DNA of 40,594 nt from Candidatus Enterousia sp. (GTDB taxonomy: Bacteria; Pseudomonadota; Alphaproteobacteria; Rs-D84). The notes beneath the pieces are model-generated. The model made no database searches. It saw only the letters and a list, made by a program, of their open reading frames with translations, and was not told the origin of the DNA. Made by a program: the position numbers and the translations under genes. Below, piece by piece: positions 1 to 9,422 of this stretch (position 1 is its first letter; every line of letters begins with the position of its first letter). The stretch is from NCBI GenBank assembly GCA_045613785.1, contig JAZLBQ010000021.1:1-40594 (forward strand), written 5' to 3'.

Positions 1-141
1 ACGCAGATTCTGCATTGTGTTGGAGTTGATTAAAGCACGAGTTGCTTCGCCTTCTTCGTGAATTGCCGTCTTCAAATCGCAGCAACACTGTTGAACGCCT
101 ACACGAACGCTGTCAATGTTGCGGTTGGTTTCGCAGCAACA
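1..141. repeat. Terminal direct repeat, left copy (circular assembly overlap)
   Basis: Bases 1-141 are identical to 40454-40594, and a reading frame continues across the junction. Confidence 0.97.
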
Positions 142-501
142 CTGTTGTGCAGCAAAACGGTTTTCAGCAATCTGCGAACCGATTGTATTGAACCCTGTCA
201 ACATACCTGTGTTCTGTGCATAAAAGCCGTCACACAAGCCCTGTGTAATACCGTCTAATTTTGCCAATACACGGTTATCAGCGAACCCTTGTGCCAATGC
301 CGCAGTGCCGAAAGCACCGCTTCCGCCACCAAAGCCACCAAAGCCACCGCCCCAGCCATTGCCACCGAATATCAGTGCAAACAGCAAGAACGCCGCCCAA
401 TCATTTCCAAAGCCAAAGCCACCGAAACCACCATTAGCCATCATAGGATACTGGTTATTGCCGATAACCGCAGCAATGTCGGATAAAGAGTATTTTTCCA
501 T
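1..501 (-). CDS. Gly-rich, CCC-motif protein, 5' part (about 230 aa in total, continuing at 40453 to 40262)
   Basis: ATG at 501 opens MEKYSLSDIAAVIG..GGFGGFGFG..WAAFLLFALIFGGNGWGGGFGG..QQCCCETNRNID..QQCCCDLKT, in frame with ORF 40262..40528 after circularisation. Not shown in the ORF track. Confidence 0.9.
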   Translation of the reverse strand, partial: MEKYSLSDIAAVIGNNQYPMMANGGFGGFGFGNDWAAFLLFALIFGGNGWGGGFGGFGGGSGAFGTAALAQGFADNRVLAKLDGITQGLCDGFYAQNTGMLTGFNTIGSQIAENRFAAQQCCCETNRNIDSVRVGVQQCCCDLKTAIHEEGEATRALINSNTMQNLR

Positions 502-562
502 TTTGTTTTCTCTTGGTTAAAAGTTCTCGACCAGTTATAAAGAAAATCTTTACAAGTGGGAT

Positions 563-769
563 TTATCTCAAACCGAGAGATTTCAAATCTTCTTCGGTGA
601 ATCTTTTCTCGTTGATGTCTATGCCTTTTGATTTTGCACAGTTCAACAGAGTTTGTAATTGGGACTTTGGGTCTTTTCCACGCATCATCTGGTTAAATGT
701 TTGCATCATAGGCGTTCCCTGAAACGACCCCGACATTACCTGCTGTGCTAATTGCTGTAATGGATTCAT
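563..769 (-). CDS. Small Met/Gln-rich helical protein of the CCC cassette
   Basis: MNPLQQLAQQVMSG..MMQTFNQMM; lies directly upstream of the CCC protein. Confidence 0.8.
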   Translation of the reverse strand: MNPLQQLAQQVMSGSFQGTPMMQTFNQMMRGKDPKSQLQTLLNCAKSKGIDINEKRFTEEDLKSLGLR

Positions 770-1121
770 TGCCTTGCCCCTTTATTTTTTGTTCTATTTC
801 ATCCAGTTTCGCCATAATCGCACGGATTTCTGGCATTTGTTCTGTTGCACTTTCTTTCTTATATGTTTCCAGTTCTATGTTGCCGTCCATATTCCACTGG
901 CGGACATAGATTTCATTAACTGCCTTGTTTATGCCGATATGAACCGTTCCAGGCATAAGTTGTATGTTTAATAGGTCTGATTGGTTGGAAACATAGAAAC
1001 ACTGCACCTGTGGCTGTATGCCTTGCAGGTTTTGTATCGTCTGCGGGTGCGATTGCTGATACTGTTGTTCCAGTTGAGCCAGTCGCATTGCAGGCGGTTG
1101 ATAATACGGGTAGTTATTCAT
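693..1121 (-). CDS. Tyr/Pro/Gln-rich N-terminus protein of the CCC cassette
   Basis: MNNYPYYQPP..QQYQQ low-complexity N-terminus, a small beta domain and a coiled coil; AAGGAG RBS upstream; overlaps the next gene by 77 nt. Confidence 0.85.
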   Translation of the reverse strand: MNNYPYYQPPAMRLAQLEQQYQQSHPQTIQNLQGIQPQVQCFYVSNQSDLLNIQLMPGTVHIGINKAVNEIYVRQWNMDGNIELETYKKESATEQMPEIRAIMAKLDEIEQKIKGQGNESITAISTAGNVGVVSGNAYDANI

Positions 1122-1151
1122 ACTAACTCCTTTTGGATATTAGTATTGTAA

Positions 1152-1179
1152 GAAAAAGGGCTAACTTTCGTTATGCCCT
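1152..1179 (-). terminator. Intrinsic terminator (GAAA tetraloop) between the HTH gene and the cassette, followed by a TACAAT -10-like box
   Basis: Minus strand AGGGCATAAC-GAAA-GTTAGCCCT-TTTT; TACAAT at 1150-1145. Confidence 0.6.
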
Positions 1180-1199
1180 AATTTATGAACCCCAAAAAT

Positions 1200-1457
1200 C
1201 TAGGAAATCAGCCTATCAACGGCGTTTTTATGATGGGTGAATACACGTCTGACGGATATATTTAGGTCGTATGCAATCTCTTCAAACATCGGCTGTGTTT
1301 CTTGCGCATAACGAGCCAACATAATTTTGCGTTCCAAAGCATTATCGGTGTATTCATAGACCCATTTCTTAAACAAGTCGGGATACCGCTTGCCTATTCT
1401 GCGTAGAAATATGTGAGTAAAGAACCAATAAACTGCTTTATATTTCACGATGCTCAT
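1200..1457 (-). CDS. Sigma-70 region-4-like / HTH transcriptional regulator
   Basis: ERKIMLARY..FEEIAYDLNISVRRVFTHHKNAVDRL matches the sigma region 4 / RinA-ArpU-type HTH pattern. Confidence 0.75.
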   Translation of the reverse strand: MSIVKYKAVYWFFTHIFLRRIGKRYPDLFKKWVYEYTDNALERKIMLARYAQETQPMFEEIAYDLNISVRRVFTHHKNAVDRLIS

Positions 1458-1596
1458 CTTTTTTCGTGGCTTTTGCTATGATTTGTTCTGTCGTTCTAAA
1501 CACTTTTGGCGCACGACCTGCCCGTGGTCTTTTTAATATTACTCGCCCGCCACGACCGCCACCAACGCCAACTACTTTCATATATTGTCTAGCCAT
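1438..1596 (-). CDS. Small basic Arg/Gly-rich protein (52 aa)
   Basis: MARQYMKVVGVGGGRGGRVILKRPRAGRAPK..; fills the gap and overlaps both neighbouring genes; below the ORF-track cutoff. Confidence 0.55.
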   Translation of the reverse strand: MARQYMKVVGVGGGRGGRVILKRPRAGRAPKVFRTTEQIIAKATKKDEHREI

Positions 1597-1783
1597 TTGT
1601 CATACTCTGGTTATTTTGTTCCCCGTCTTGGTGCATTTCTACACTTGTTCCACTAAAACTACTCGCATAATAGCCAAAGTGGATTCCTGCCCAGATAAGG
1701 TTGTTGATTATAAGTATAATTAAAAACCATTTGCAAAGCGATAGGAATGTTTCCACAGCGATATTTGGTTCTTGTTTATTCAT
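1589..1783 (-). CDS. Small single-TM membrane protein
   Basis: KWFLIILIINNLIWAGIHFGYY hydrophobic segment; AAGGA RBS. Confidence 0.7.
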   Translation of the reverse strand: MNKQEPNIAVETFLSLCKWFLIILIINNLIWAGIHFGYYASSFSGTSVEMHQDGEQNNQSMTNG

Positions 1784-1811
1784 TTATATAGTCCTTTGTA
1801 TATACAACATC

Positions 1812-2150
1812 CTATACAATGATTTGTGTATTGTCAACGACTAATTCCAGTTCGTTGATTTCCGCTGTTCTTGCCTGTATATACGCTTTGAGTTCTTCCC
1901 ACTCTTCGGCAGACATTTCGCCACGCAGGTATTTGAACTGCTTATAATCCACAGCAGCAATCTCTTCTTTTAAGACCGCAATGCGTGCCTGTGCTTTTTC
2001 ATAATCGGACATTTTTGGACTGGTGTATTCTGTAATTGTGTATGTCCCGTTGTCGTTTGGCGTTATTGAATATTTTCTGCCATTGGCATTGTTCCAATTG
2101 GCAAACGCCGTGTATTCTGATTTTGTTATAATTTGTCCATCATAATACAT
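1812..2150 (-). CDS. Putative tail-fibre assembly/chaperone-like protein
   Basis: Start at MYYDGQ with AAGGGG RBS; C-terminal LKEEIAAVDYKQFK..RTAEINEL resembles phage tail-associated helical chaperones; follows tail-fibre genes. Confidence 0.5.
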   Translation of the reverse strand: MYYDGQIITKSEYTAFANWNNANGRKYSITPNDNGTYTITEYTSPKMSDYEKAQARIAVLKEEIAAVDYKQFKYLRGEMSAEEWEELKAYIQARTAEINELELVVDNTQIIV

Positions 2151-2161
2151 ATTGTTCCCCT

Positions 2162-2620
2162 TTATTGTGCCGACATTCCGCAGACCTGCCAATATTGAAC
2201 TTGACTTGTGACATTGCTCGTGCTTTGATTCTTACAGCCCAAATAAACCTGTGTCGTGGATGTTTGCTTATTATTATTCACAGCAGGAACCAAGTTCCCG
2301 TTATCAAATGAAATTTGAATGTTGTATTTTGTATCACTCATCGGAATCGGCATTGTGACATACCAGGCTGTTCCAGTCCCTGCATTTATGGTTCTGGGGG
2401 TAAAATCACTGCCCCCCTGTTCAACCCAGCCTGACTTATACTTACGATACCACGTGTTTCCGTTATCCGCTGTCGGTAGTTGCGATTCTACAACATAGTC
2501 AACTTCATCGTCTAAATTAAACACCAAGTCATTCTCGCCGATTTCTCCTTCGTGAAGTTTCATTTGTTCGTCTGTATCAAACACGTGAATATTCAATTCT
2601 GTTAAAACTGTATCAGCCAT
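2162..2620 (-). CDS. Tail-fibre-related protein with gp53-like C-terminal domain
   Basis: VVESQ..NGNTWYRKYKSGWVEQGG..MPIPMSDTKY..WQVCG motif, typical of phage fibre tip domains. Confidence 0.7.
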   Translation of the reverse strand: MADTVLTELNIHVFDTDEQMKLHEGEIGENDLVFNLDDEVDYVVESQLPTADNGNTWYRKYKSGWVEQGGSDFTPRTINAGTGTAWYVTMPIPMSDTKYNIQISFDNGNLVPAVNNNKQTSTTQVYLGCKNQSTSNVTSQVQYWQVCGMSAQ

Positions 2621-2862
2621 TATTCAACTTCCTTTGGTTCTTTAATTTCTTCCCACTTGTCGGCACTGTCGCCATTGCGCAACCAATGCCCGCTAGATTC
2701 TGCGCCCGTTTCCTTGTTGCGTAAAATCATACCTTCGTCCGGTATTAACATTGGGCGTTCTTCCAATTCGGCAATCTGGTCTTCTGGCACAGATTTGCCA
2801 ACTGCCAACCAAACCGATGTGCCGTCTTTGAATTTAACAAAATAAGAATTTACAATTTTCAT
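2620..2862 (-). CDS. Hypothetical tail-module protein
   Basis: AAGGAG RBS; TAATG coupling to the next gene. Confidence 0.65.
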   Translation of the reverse strand: MKIVNSYFVKFKDGTSVWLAVGKSVPEDQIAELEERPMLIPDEGMILRNKETGAESSGHWLRNGDSADKWEEIKEPKEVE

Positions 2863-2876
2863 ATCTGCTCCTTATT

Positions 2877-3668
2877 TTACAAATCAAAATAAATTTCTGT
2901 CGCACCAAACTTATAACTATATCCATCGCACGCTTCAATCGCCGCCTGATTTGCAACAGCAAAGTGCAAGTTGCACTTATAACTTGATGATGTGTAGCAC
3001 AGATAACCGCTTACTTCTGTTGCCGACGGCAAGTTTATAGAAACGGTTCCTGAGTAGTTCATATAAAATGTTCCATAATACTTAGAACTGCCACCGACGA
3101 TTTTATTTACCTTAGAAAAAGTATATGTATTGCCTGTCTGCAAAGCACGAAAACACACGTCCCCTTGTATCTCTTCTAAAACAGGAAACACCTTGTCCAA
3201 ATCTACATATTTTTTATCAAAACAATCTCTGAAACAATTTTTAGCATTTATTTTTTTTAGCCTTGGGAACACTATATCTATATCCGGGCTAGTATATACA
3301 CCTCCGTAAAATGCGCCATCAAATGCCGCTTCGCTTGTAATTTCTTCTAAGGAATCAAATCTTCCCGTTATTTTTGTTGCCCCCATAAATGCTTGTAGAA
3401 ACCCTTCTGATAATACACTGGTCAAATCTGGTGCTATTATCGTAATTTCGGATGATGAACGATAAAAACGATATAGGAACCCCCCATAGTTCACAGTTTT
3501 AACGCCTGTCAAATCCAATGTAATCACGCCAGTTGGTCTACTATAACCCCCATCTGCATCAACATTCCCTATCATATTGTCAATAGATACGCCGAACTTG
3601 GTCTTTGCGACTTCTTTCTTTATAATCTTCGTGACCCCAACGGGTTTCTTGCCCAGATATACAGTCAT
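2877..3668 (-). CDS. Leucine-rich-repeat (BspA-like) putative adhesin/receptor-binding protein
   Basis: Recurring units FDSLEEI, FPRLKKI, FPVLEEI, FSKVNKI and LPSATEV, often followed by AF/CF. Confidence 0.6.
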   Translation of the reverse strand: MTVYLGKKPVGVTKIIKKEVAKTKFGVSIDNMIGNVDADGGYSRPTGVITLDLTGVKTVNYGGFLYRFYRSSSEITIIAPDLTSVLSEGFLQAFMGATKITGRFDSLEEITSEAAFDGAFYGGVYTSPDIDIVFPRLKKINAKNCFRDCFDKKYVDLDKVFPVLEEIQGDVCFRALQTGNTYTFSKVNKIVGGSSKYYGTFYMNYSGTVSINLPSATEVSGYLCYTSSSYKCNLHFAVANQAAIEACDGYSYKFGATEIYFDL

Positions 3669-5695
3669 TAGTTATACCTTTTGATTATTACTTTTGTTCC
3701 GCCGTCTTGTGGTTCTTGCCAACTTGCTGTTGACCCGTCTGTCGTCAGCACTTTGCCTGCGTTTCCTGTCTGGTCTGGCAAGGCATCTATGTTTGCAACC
3801 GCATCAGCAATCGCCGTTGCTACCTGTGCTTTACGCATTAAAGACACTTCCAACGCATCGGCATAGGTCGTGTTGTCATCTGTGGTCGGTGCTGTGTCAA
3901 ACTTAGTCTGTGCGACAATGTCCAATCCGTTATTAGTCGCAATAGTCGCAACCCCAGCAGTAATGCTAATATTTAATGTGCCTTCGTCCGTGCCAACCGT
4001 CAGGTCTTTCGTGGCAAGCGTGTTGTTATACAAGGTTGTTATATACCCAGATGACCACGGAACGGCGCTGCTCCCCAAACTAATGCCGCTGGTTGCCCAA
4101 AAGGCGTTGCCTTCAAGATAATATCTGTCGGTTCCATATTGACCAACGTGAATTTCAAGCCCATTTTCGGTTGATGTCTTAATACGTCCCTTAAATGTAG
4201 AATCTTTATAAAAGACAATGTCCCCAGTCATATTTCCGCCACTCAACGGCAAATAACCGCTCAAATCAACCTGGGTCGTGCCAATCAGTTCAAACGTCTG
4301 TGTCGCTGTAATCCATACGTATTCGTCATATACATCTGGTGCCGTGCCGTCTTTGGCCAACAGATAGATAACGCCCTTTTGCCCTGTTTCTGGTAATTCT
4401 TGAACCACGACAGCGTCAAAACCTGCACCGCCACCTGCACCTGTCGCACTGATGACGTTGTTAGAAATAATAATGTTATCGCCTGCCGTCAACTGGTCTT
4501 GCTTTGTCGCAATCTCTGCCGCCTGTGCTGTAATCTGTGTCTGTAATTCGCTTGCCATTTCGTTCAGGTCATCACGAATGTCCATTTCTTCGTCCAGCAA
4601 CTGCTGTTTTGTTATCAGATGATTTGTGCCACTTGCCGATTCTGGAATCTTGCTTTCAATCCCTGCAACTTGGTCGCCCAACGACGCTTGATTGCCACGC
4701 AATGTCGTCAGTTCGCTTGCGTGTGCCGTGATTTGTGTCTGCAACCGACTATCTTCGGCGTTCATATCATCACGGGTCTTGACAATCGCAGTAGAATTAG
4801 CGTCTATCTGTGCGTTGGCAACCGTGAACTTGTTATCAATCTCGGTCTTAGAATAAACTTCCGTTGCAGGTTTAGCCCACCCAGAGAACGTCATATCATC
4901 GCCGTTGCGGGTGAACTCTGGCATTGCTCTGCCGCCGTCTTCAACCTGTTCAATATAGTCATAACGGCTGAAATAGTCAGCAGGGATAATATACCCTTCC
5001 AACAGGTTTTCAATAAACTCTGGCAACAAGACATTGTCAGTTGACACCAAATCTGCATCTATCTTGCGTTGCAACAGAGTCAGGTGGGTCATACCGCTAT
5101 AAATGGTCGCACTCGCACCTTCGTCATCACACAACACCTGCACTGTCAGCGGGGAACCGCCGTGTGCTTTAATAACTTTCTGTTCGCTTTCGCTGAAATC
5201 TATCGCTAGACGCTGGCTGAACTGGCTCGCACATTCACGGATTTTGAACTGCTTTGTGGTCAGGTGGGTCGCCCCGATTTTTACCAACATTGTCAGGGTA
5301 ATCACACTGCCATTTTGCGTTATTAAACTGTCGCCACACAGGGTCAGCACCCACTTGGCGCTTGGTGCGATAATCGCCGATACTGGATTTGTTTCATCGC
5401 CTGTCGCAGGGAAAGTGTAAGTTGCGTTCAACCACAGCCCAGCCCCCGAAACACGGCTTGTCGTTGTCAGGTTGCTTTCTGTGCCGACATAGTCGTCCGC
5501 TACTGGAACCAACTGCCCCTGATTGACCGCCCAGTTCTGCGCTCCCTTGGCAACCACGACAGATGAATCACGGTCTGCGATATGCCCCATTGGGGAAGAT
5601 TTGAACGGTGCGACCAGTCGGTCATTTTGGATTTCTACAACCGACTTTGGGGTTGGCTCGCCTTTTAATTTTGCTATGAACTTGTTTTCCGACAT
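3668..5695 (-). CDS. Tail fibre / spike protein (675 aa)
   Basis: N-terminal beta domain, heptad coiled-coil stalk, and fibre motifs KQDQLTAGDNIII, ELPETGQKGVIYL..YDEYVW, YLPLSGGNMTG and LPDQTGNAGKVLTTDG. Confidence 0.8.
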   Translation of the reverse strand: MSENKFIAKLKGEPTPKSVVEIQNDRLVAPFKSSPMGHIADRDSSVVVAKGAQNWAVNQGQLVPVADDYVGTESNLTTTSRVSGAGLWLNATYTFPATGDETNPVSAIIAPSAKWVLTLCGDSLITQNGSVITLTMLVKIGATHLTTKQFKIRECASQFSQRLAIDFSESEQKVIKAHGGSPLTVQVLCDDEGASATIYSGMTHLTLLQRKIDADLVSTDNVLLPEFIENLLEGYIIPADYFSRYDYIEQVEDGGRAMPEFTRNGDDMTFSGWAKPATEVYSKTEIDNKFTVANAQIDANSTAIVKTRDDMNAEDSRLQTQITAHASELTTLRGNQASLGDQVAGIESKIPESASGTNHLITKQQLLDEEMDIRDDLNEMASELQTQITAQAAEIATKQDQLTAGDNIIISNNVISATGAGGGAGFDAVVVQELPETGQKGVIYLLAKDGTAPDVYDEYVWITATQTFELIGTTQVDLSGYLPLSGGNMTGDIVFYKDSTFKGRIKTSTENGLEIHVGQYGTDRYYLEGNAFWATSGISLGSSAVPWSSGYITTLYNNTLATKDLTVGTDEGTLNISITAGVATIATNNGLDIVAQTKFDTAPTTDDNTTYADALEVSLMRKAQVATAIADAVANIDALPDQTGNAGKVLTTDGSTASWQEPQDGGTKVIIKRYN

Positions 5696-5698
5696 TTG

Positions 5699-7270
5699 TT
5701 ATAATCCTTGTAAGAACATTGCTGGGTTGAACAAAAGTGATTCAGATAGCGTATTTTGACTGCCTGGCAATCCTGCTTTTTGTAAGATTTGGCTCGGCAA
5801 ATTCAGAGTTTCCGAATATGGCTGACGCAGCCCACCTTCACTCAACAATTCTCTCGCTTTACCACGAACATAAGGTTTGAATCCTAATCTTACGCCTTCT
5901 GTTCCAGACGCAACTGGTTGTTGAATTTCTTTCGGTGCGGTAATGTGTTTAATGTTTGCGAAAAAGTTATCATCAACCACATCTTGTGCGTTTCTTGCGA
6001 TAGAATACTGTCTATCTATTGCTTTAATGCCTGGCGTTGTGTTTTCTCTAATTACAGACAAATCATCTAATGCGTCTTGTATGTCGTCAACCAAAGCAAA
6101 GTTATCTGCCCTGCTCGCTCTTTTCATTCTAGCCCGCAACGCAGTGTTTATATCACGCATACCTTCAAAAGAATTAGGATTTACTTTTGGTGTCTTTTCT
6201 GCGTATTTTTCCCAAATGCTCGCCGCCGTTGGGTGTTTTCTGAAAAAGTTAGATATTGCCATACCAGAATTTGTTCCAGCAGGAACTTGTGCTGCAAAAT
6301 CAGCATATGCTTGTTCCGCCGCTAACATTTCTGGTGTCTTGATTCTTTCTGTTATTTCATTATAGCCTTCTACAATACCACGGTTATAACCTTTTGATTC
6401 GGCTTTTTTTGCCAACTGATTGACAGTGTTTATGTCTTTCGCCGCCTGTTGGATTCCTTTATCGCCCTTTCTTACGGCTTCGCCCAACAGTAAAGCATTG
6501 TCTAAATCATCAGCGTTATTTGCTAACAAATCATACATAGATTCTGTTATCTCGCCTTTGCTCATAGGATTTTTGCCAAGCCCCTTGCGAATACGACTGC
6601 CTATCGTCAATGCGTCTTTGATGCCAGAAACCCCAACAGGGATTAAAGCAGCCGTCAGACCACCACGCAAAGCACCTTCTTGTGCAGACATTAATCTTTC
6701 TGACAAGCCACCTTCACCAGCACCTAATCCGCCTAACGCACCATACCCAGTACCAGCCATACCCATTCTAAACGCCGTTTGACCCAAAGTTGCTGCACTG
6801 GCTGGGGCTGTTGCACCAAAACTAGCCAAAGCAGGTAGAAAACCACCGGCAAGATTTAGAGCCAATGCTTTATTTGGATTCTGTGCTGCATACCCCTGAT
6901 AACTTTCACGAGCATTTTGTAAATATTTATCATATTCTTCGCCAGATATTGCACCAGAACGCAAAGCGGCTTCTAATTCATCAGCAAATCCAAAAGACGC
7001 ACCCTGTGCAACATTACGCAAAGCCCCACCTGTATTATTCCCACGACCACGAACAACATCGCCGACATATTCAACTGTTTCGCCTGCCTTTTGCAAATCA
7101 GCCATAATATCAGACTTACTTGGCGCGTTTTGTTCGCCAACCGACTTTCTCAAATCTTCCGCAACGACATCTATCCGTAATTCGCCCGTTTGTGGATTTA
7201 CATATTGACCCAACGAACTGTCGTCAATTTCATAAATTTTACCGTCAATCTCTATTTCATAGACAGCCAT
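5699..7270 (-). CDS. Internal virion / DNA ejection protein
   Basis: AQGASFGFADELEAA motif and a Gly/Ala-rich hydrophobic stretch, typical of podovirus ejection proteins; position after the tail genes. Confidence 0.7.
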   Translation of the reverse strand: MAVYEIEIDGKIYEIDDSSLGQYVNPQTGELRIDVVAEDLRKSVGEQNAPSKSDIMADLQKAGETVEYVGDVVRGRGNNTGGALRNVAQGASFGFADELEAALRSGAISGEEYDKYLQNARESYQGYAAQNPNKALALNLAGGFLPALASFGATAPASAATLGQTAFRMGMAGTGYGALGGLGAGEGGLSERLMSAQEGALRGGLTAALIPVGVSGIKDALTIGSRIRKGLGKNPMSKGEITESMYDLLANNADDLDNALLLGEAVRKGDKGIQQAAKDINTVNQLAKKAESKGYNRGIVEGYNEITERIKTPEMLAAEQAYADFAAQVPAGTNSGMAISNFFRKHPTAASIWEKYAEKTPKVNPNSFEGMRDINTALRARMKRASRADNFALVDDIQDALDDLSVIRENTTPGIKAIDRQYSIARNAQDVVDDNFFANIKHITAPKEIQQPVASGTEGVRLGFKPYVRGKARELLSEGGLRQPYSETLNLPSQILQKAGLPGSQNTLSESLLFNPAMFLQGL

Positions 7271-7279
7271 TATCAGCCC

Positions 7280-8365
7280 TTATTGTTTAATACGAAACCT
7301 TATGCCACCAGCAGAAGTTTGCCAGCCGTCAGCACCTTCCAACTTTAAGTTATTTGTGCGACCTTCGTTGGCTTTCTGCTCAGAACTTATTTGTTTAATT
7401 GCGTTTTCTGGCGACCATTGCCCTGTTTTACGCAGATAATCAACCGTTGCGTCCCAATGTTGCAGATTTTTAACCAATGGCAAACCTGCTTTCGTCAACT
7501 CATCATTTAAGGTCTTTGTCAAACGCTGGTCACGAACATCTGGTGCCATAGTTGGGTCTGCCCCTGCTGCCTGTAAAGCAACCATAACGTCAGTATCTGT
7601 GGCTGGTCGCAATGCTTTTAACACATCAAACATACCCTGCATAGCCACCGTCTCAAACTTTTGGTATTCTTGTGCTTGTTGAGTTCCCTTTGATTTTGCT
7701 AAACCATAGTCATCGCCAGGCATTGCCGCCACATTTTGTCTTGTCCACCAACCTTGTTCTTTGTCTGTGGGGTCATAGGCAAAAGTATTCCATCTGCCAC
7801 CAGCCTGGTTTAATTCGTGTATTTTCACATCTGGCAAATTTGTATATTGTGTCAGTCCGCCATCACCAATAGAACCAGCACTACCGTTTCTAGTGTTGCC
7901 AGTAGCAACAGGTGTATAGCCCATCAATTCTGACTGTATTTGTCTGTTGCCCATCGCTTTGTCAAACGCCAACGCTGTTGCTAAATCTGCCTGTGCCGAT
8001 TCATAATCTTGTTTAGCACGGTCAATCGCCGCATTAGCACGAGCATTGAATGCAGAACCGAACCCACGAGCAAAATCGCCCAACCAAGAGCCAGCCCCCT
8101 GTTGTGCGGGTATACTCGCCAAAGCATTAGCCAAACCATAACCAAAGGTTTCACGCTGCCTTAATGCTTCATTCAGTGCCGCACGTTCTGCCCCAATTTG
8201 ATTTCTACGAGCCAACATATCAGAAAATTCTAACGGCTTAGACATTGTTTCCGTATAGGCAGAAGTTTTAACAGGGCGGTCTGCTTGTGCTTGAATTGCA
8301 CCGGTCAGCCCCTGTATTACATCTGACATAGGATTTAGATACTGCTGTGTATATTGTGTCGCCAT
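7280..8365 (-). CDS. Putative DNA ejection (pilot-type) protein
   Basis: Ala/Gln/Gly-rich helical protein in the ejection module. Confidence 0.55.
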   Translation of the reverse strand: MATQYTQQYLNPMSDVIQGLTGAIQAQADRPVKTSAYTETMSKPLEFSDMLARRNQIGAERAALNEALRQRETFGYGLANALASIPAQQGAGSWLGDFARGFGSAFNARANAAIDRAKQDYESAQADLATALAFDKAMGNRQIQSELMGYTPVATGNTRNGSAGSIGDGGLTQYTNLPDVKIHELNQAGGRWNTFAYDPTDKEQGWWTRQNVAAMPGDDYGLAKSKGTQQAQEYQKFETVAMQGMFDVLKALRPATDTDVMVALQAAGADPTMAPDVRDQRLTKTLNDELTKAGLPLVKNLQHWDATVDYLRKTGQWSPENAIKQISSEQKANEGRTNNLKLEGADGWQTSAGGIRFRIKQ

Positions 8366-8368
8366 ATC

Positions 8369-8977
8369 TTACCCCACATAATTATTTGTAATCGGCGTTG
8401 GTGCCAACCAAGAACCCAACCCCATACCAGCAATACCCGCACCAGCACTCAATAGGTTGTTAGCCCACTGATTACGTGCCTGTGTATTCGCAATATTCGC
8501 TTGCTGTTGTGCCTGCTGATTCGCCGTCACACGGTTCAAGATATTCTGTGCCATCGTGTTTCCCATATTGAAGTAGTTGCCTTCAACGCCCTGCAACGAA
8601 CTCAAAACATTACGCAAGCGAGCATCTTCTTCGGTCATCGCCTGTCGCAACTGTGTATTGCGGTTCGCTGCCAACGAGTTCAAGATTGCGTTAGTCGCAG
8701 AACCACGAGCCCCACGAGAAATAGCATTGGCTGCGTATTGGTTCGCCGCCTGACGCATATTCGTGTCAATCAAGTCCTGGCGTGCCTTAAAACTTTCACT
8801 GCCATAGGACGGGTTTATCAACTCGTTCAAATACTGATTTATGCCCGACTGTGCATCACGCACTGATTCGCTTGCCATTGGCGACAGATTTACACCGCTG
8901 GCATTTGCCGAGCCGAAATCGCCCCAATCATAATTTTCGCTGACTTTTGCAGCCGTCACTTCTTTTGGTTTTCCCAT
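8369..8977 (-). CDS. Putative DNA ejection protein (P22 gp7 / T7 gp14-like)
   Basis: Q/N-rich helical body, ISRGARGS motif and a C-terminal Gly-rich hydrophobic tail (LLSAGAGIAGMGLG). Confidence 0.6.
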   Translation of the reverse strand: MGKPKEVTAAKVSENYDWGDFGSANASGVNLSPMASESVRDAQSGINQYLNELINPSYGSESFKARQDLIDTNMRQAANQYAANAISRGARGSATNAILNSLAANRNTQLRQAMTEEDARLRNVLSSLQGVEGNYFNMGNTMAQNILNRVTANQQAQQQANIANTQARNQWANNLLSAGAGIAGMGLGSWLAPTPITNNYVG

Positions 8978-8978
8978 T

Positions 8979-9422
8979 TTATTCTCCTGCCATTACCGAC
9001 ATTAAAATACGTTCTGTTATATTATTTGGCGAATATCCTTGCACCTGCCCCAGAATACTATTGACAGCATTTTCGTTTTCAACAGCACGATTTTTTGCCT
9101 GCAATAGTCTATATGCAGTATAATTATAATCGTCTTTTAACAACTGATTCAGATTGCTAAGGCTAAACACGCCTTTCTTGTTTGGACTAACACCATTTCC
9201 ACGGTTTTGATAAATAGCAAAAACATCGTCTGGCAGAACAGTTAAATCTAATCTGTCGCCATAACCGCCACTATTCGCCCGAGCATTGTTCAAAATGTCT
9301 TGTATATGTTTAGGCATATAACTATCCGTGTGGCTAGTCAACAAAGGTGTCATTGTAAAATTCCCCCTTCCGACATATTGCTCTGGCTCTAAATTCATTG
9401 GAACAAAATCATATTTATTCAT
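8979..9422 (-). CDS. Hypothetical virion-module protein
   Basis: Tightly packed ORF with RBS-like AAGGTG. Confidence 0.6.
   Translation of the reverse strand: MNKYDFVPMNLEPEQYVGRGNFTMTPLLTSHTDSYMPKHIQDILNNARANSGGYGDRLDLTVLPDDVFAIYQNRGNGVSPNKKGVFSLSNLNQLLKDDYNYTAYRLLQAKNRAVENENAVNSILGQVQGYSPNNITERILMSVMAGE

Noticed and set aside
1-141. 141-bp terminal repeat as a biological direct terminal repeat
   Set aside because: It falls in the middle of a gene and its length matches a common assembler k-mer overlap, so it indicates circular assembly rather than virion ends.
305-520. Proline-rich plus-strand ORF (PPPKPPKPP)
   Set aside because: It is the antisense shadow of the GGFGG-rich CCC gene.
2162-5695. 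Diversity-generating retroelement or invertible tail-fibre switch
   Set aside because: No reverse transcriptase, invertase or template/variable repeat pair was seen.
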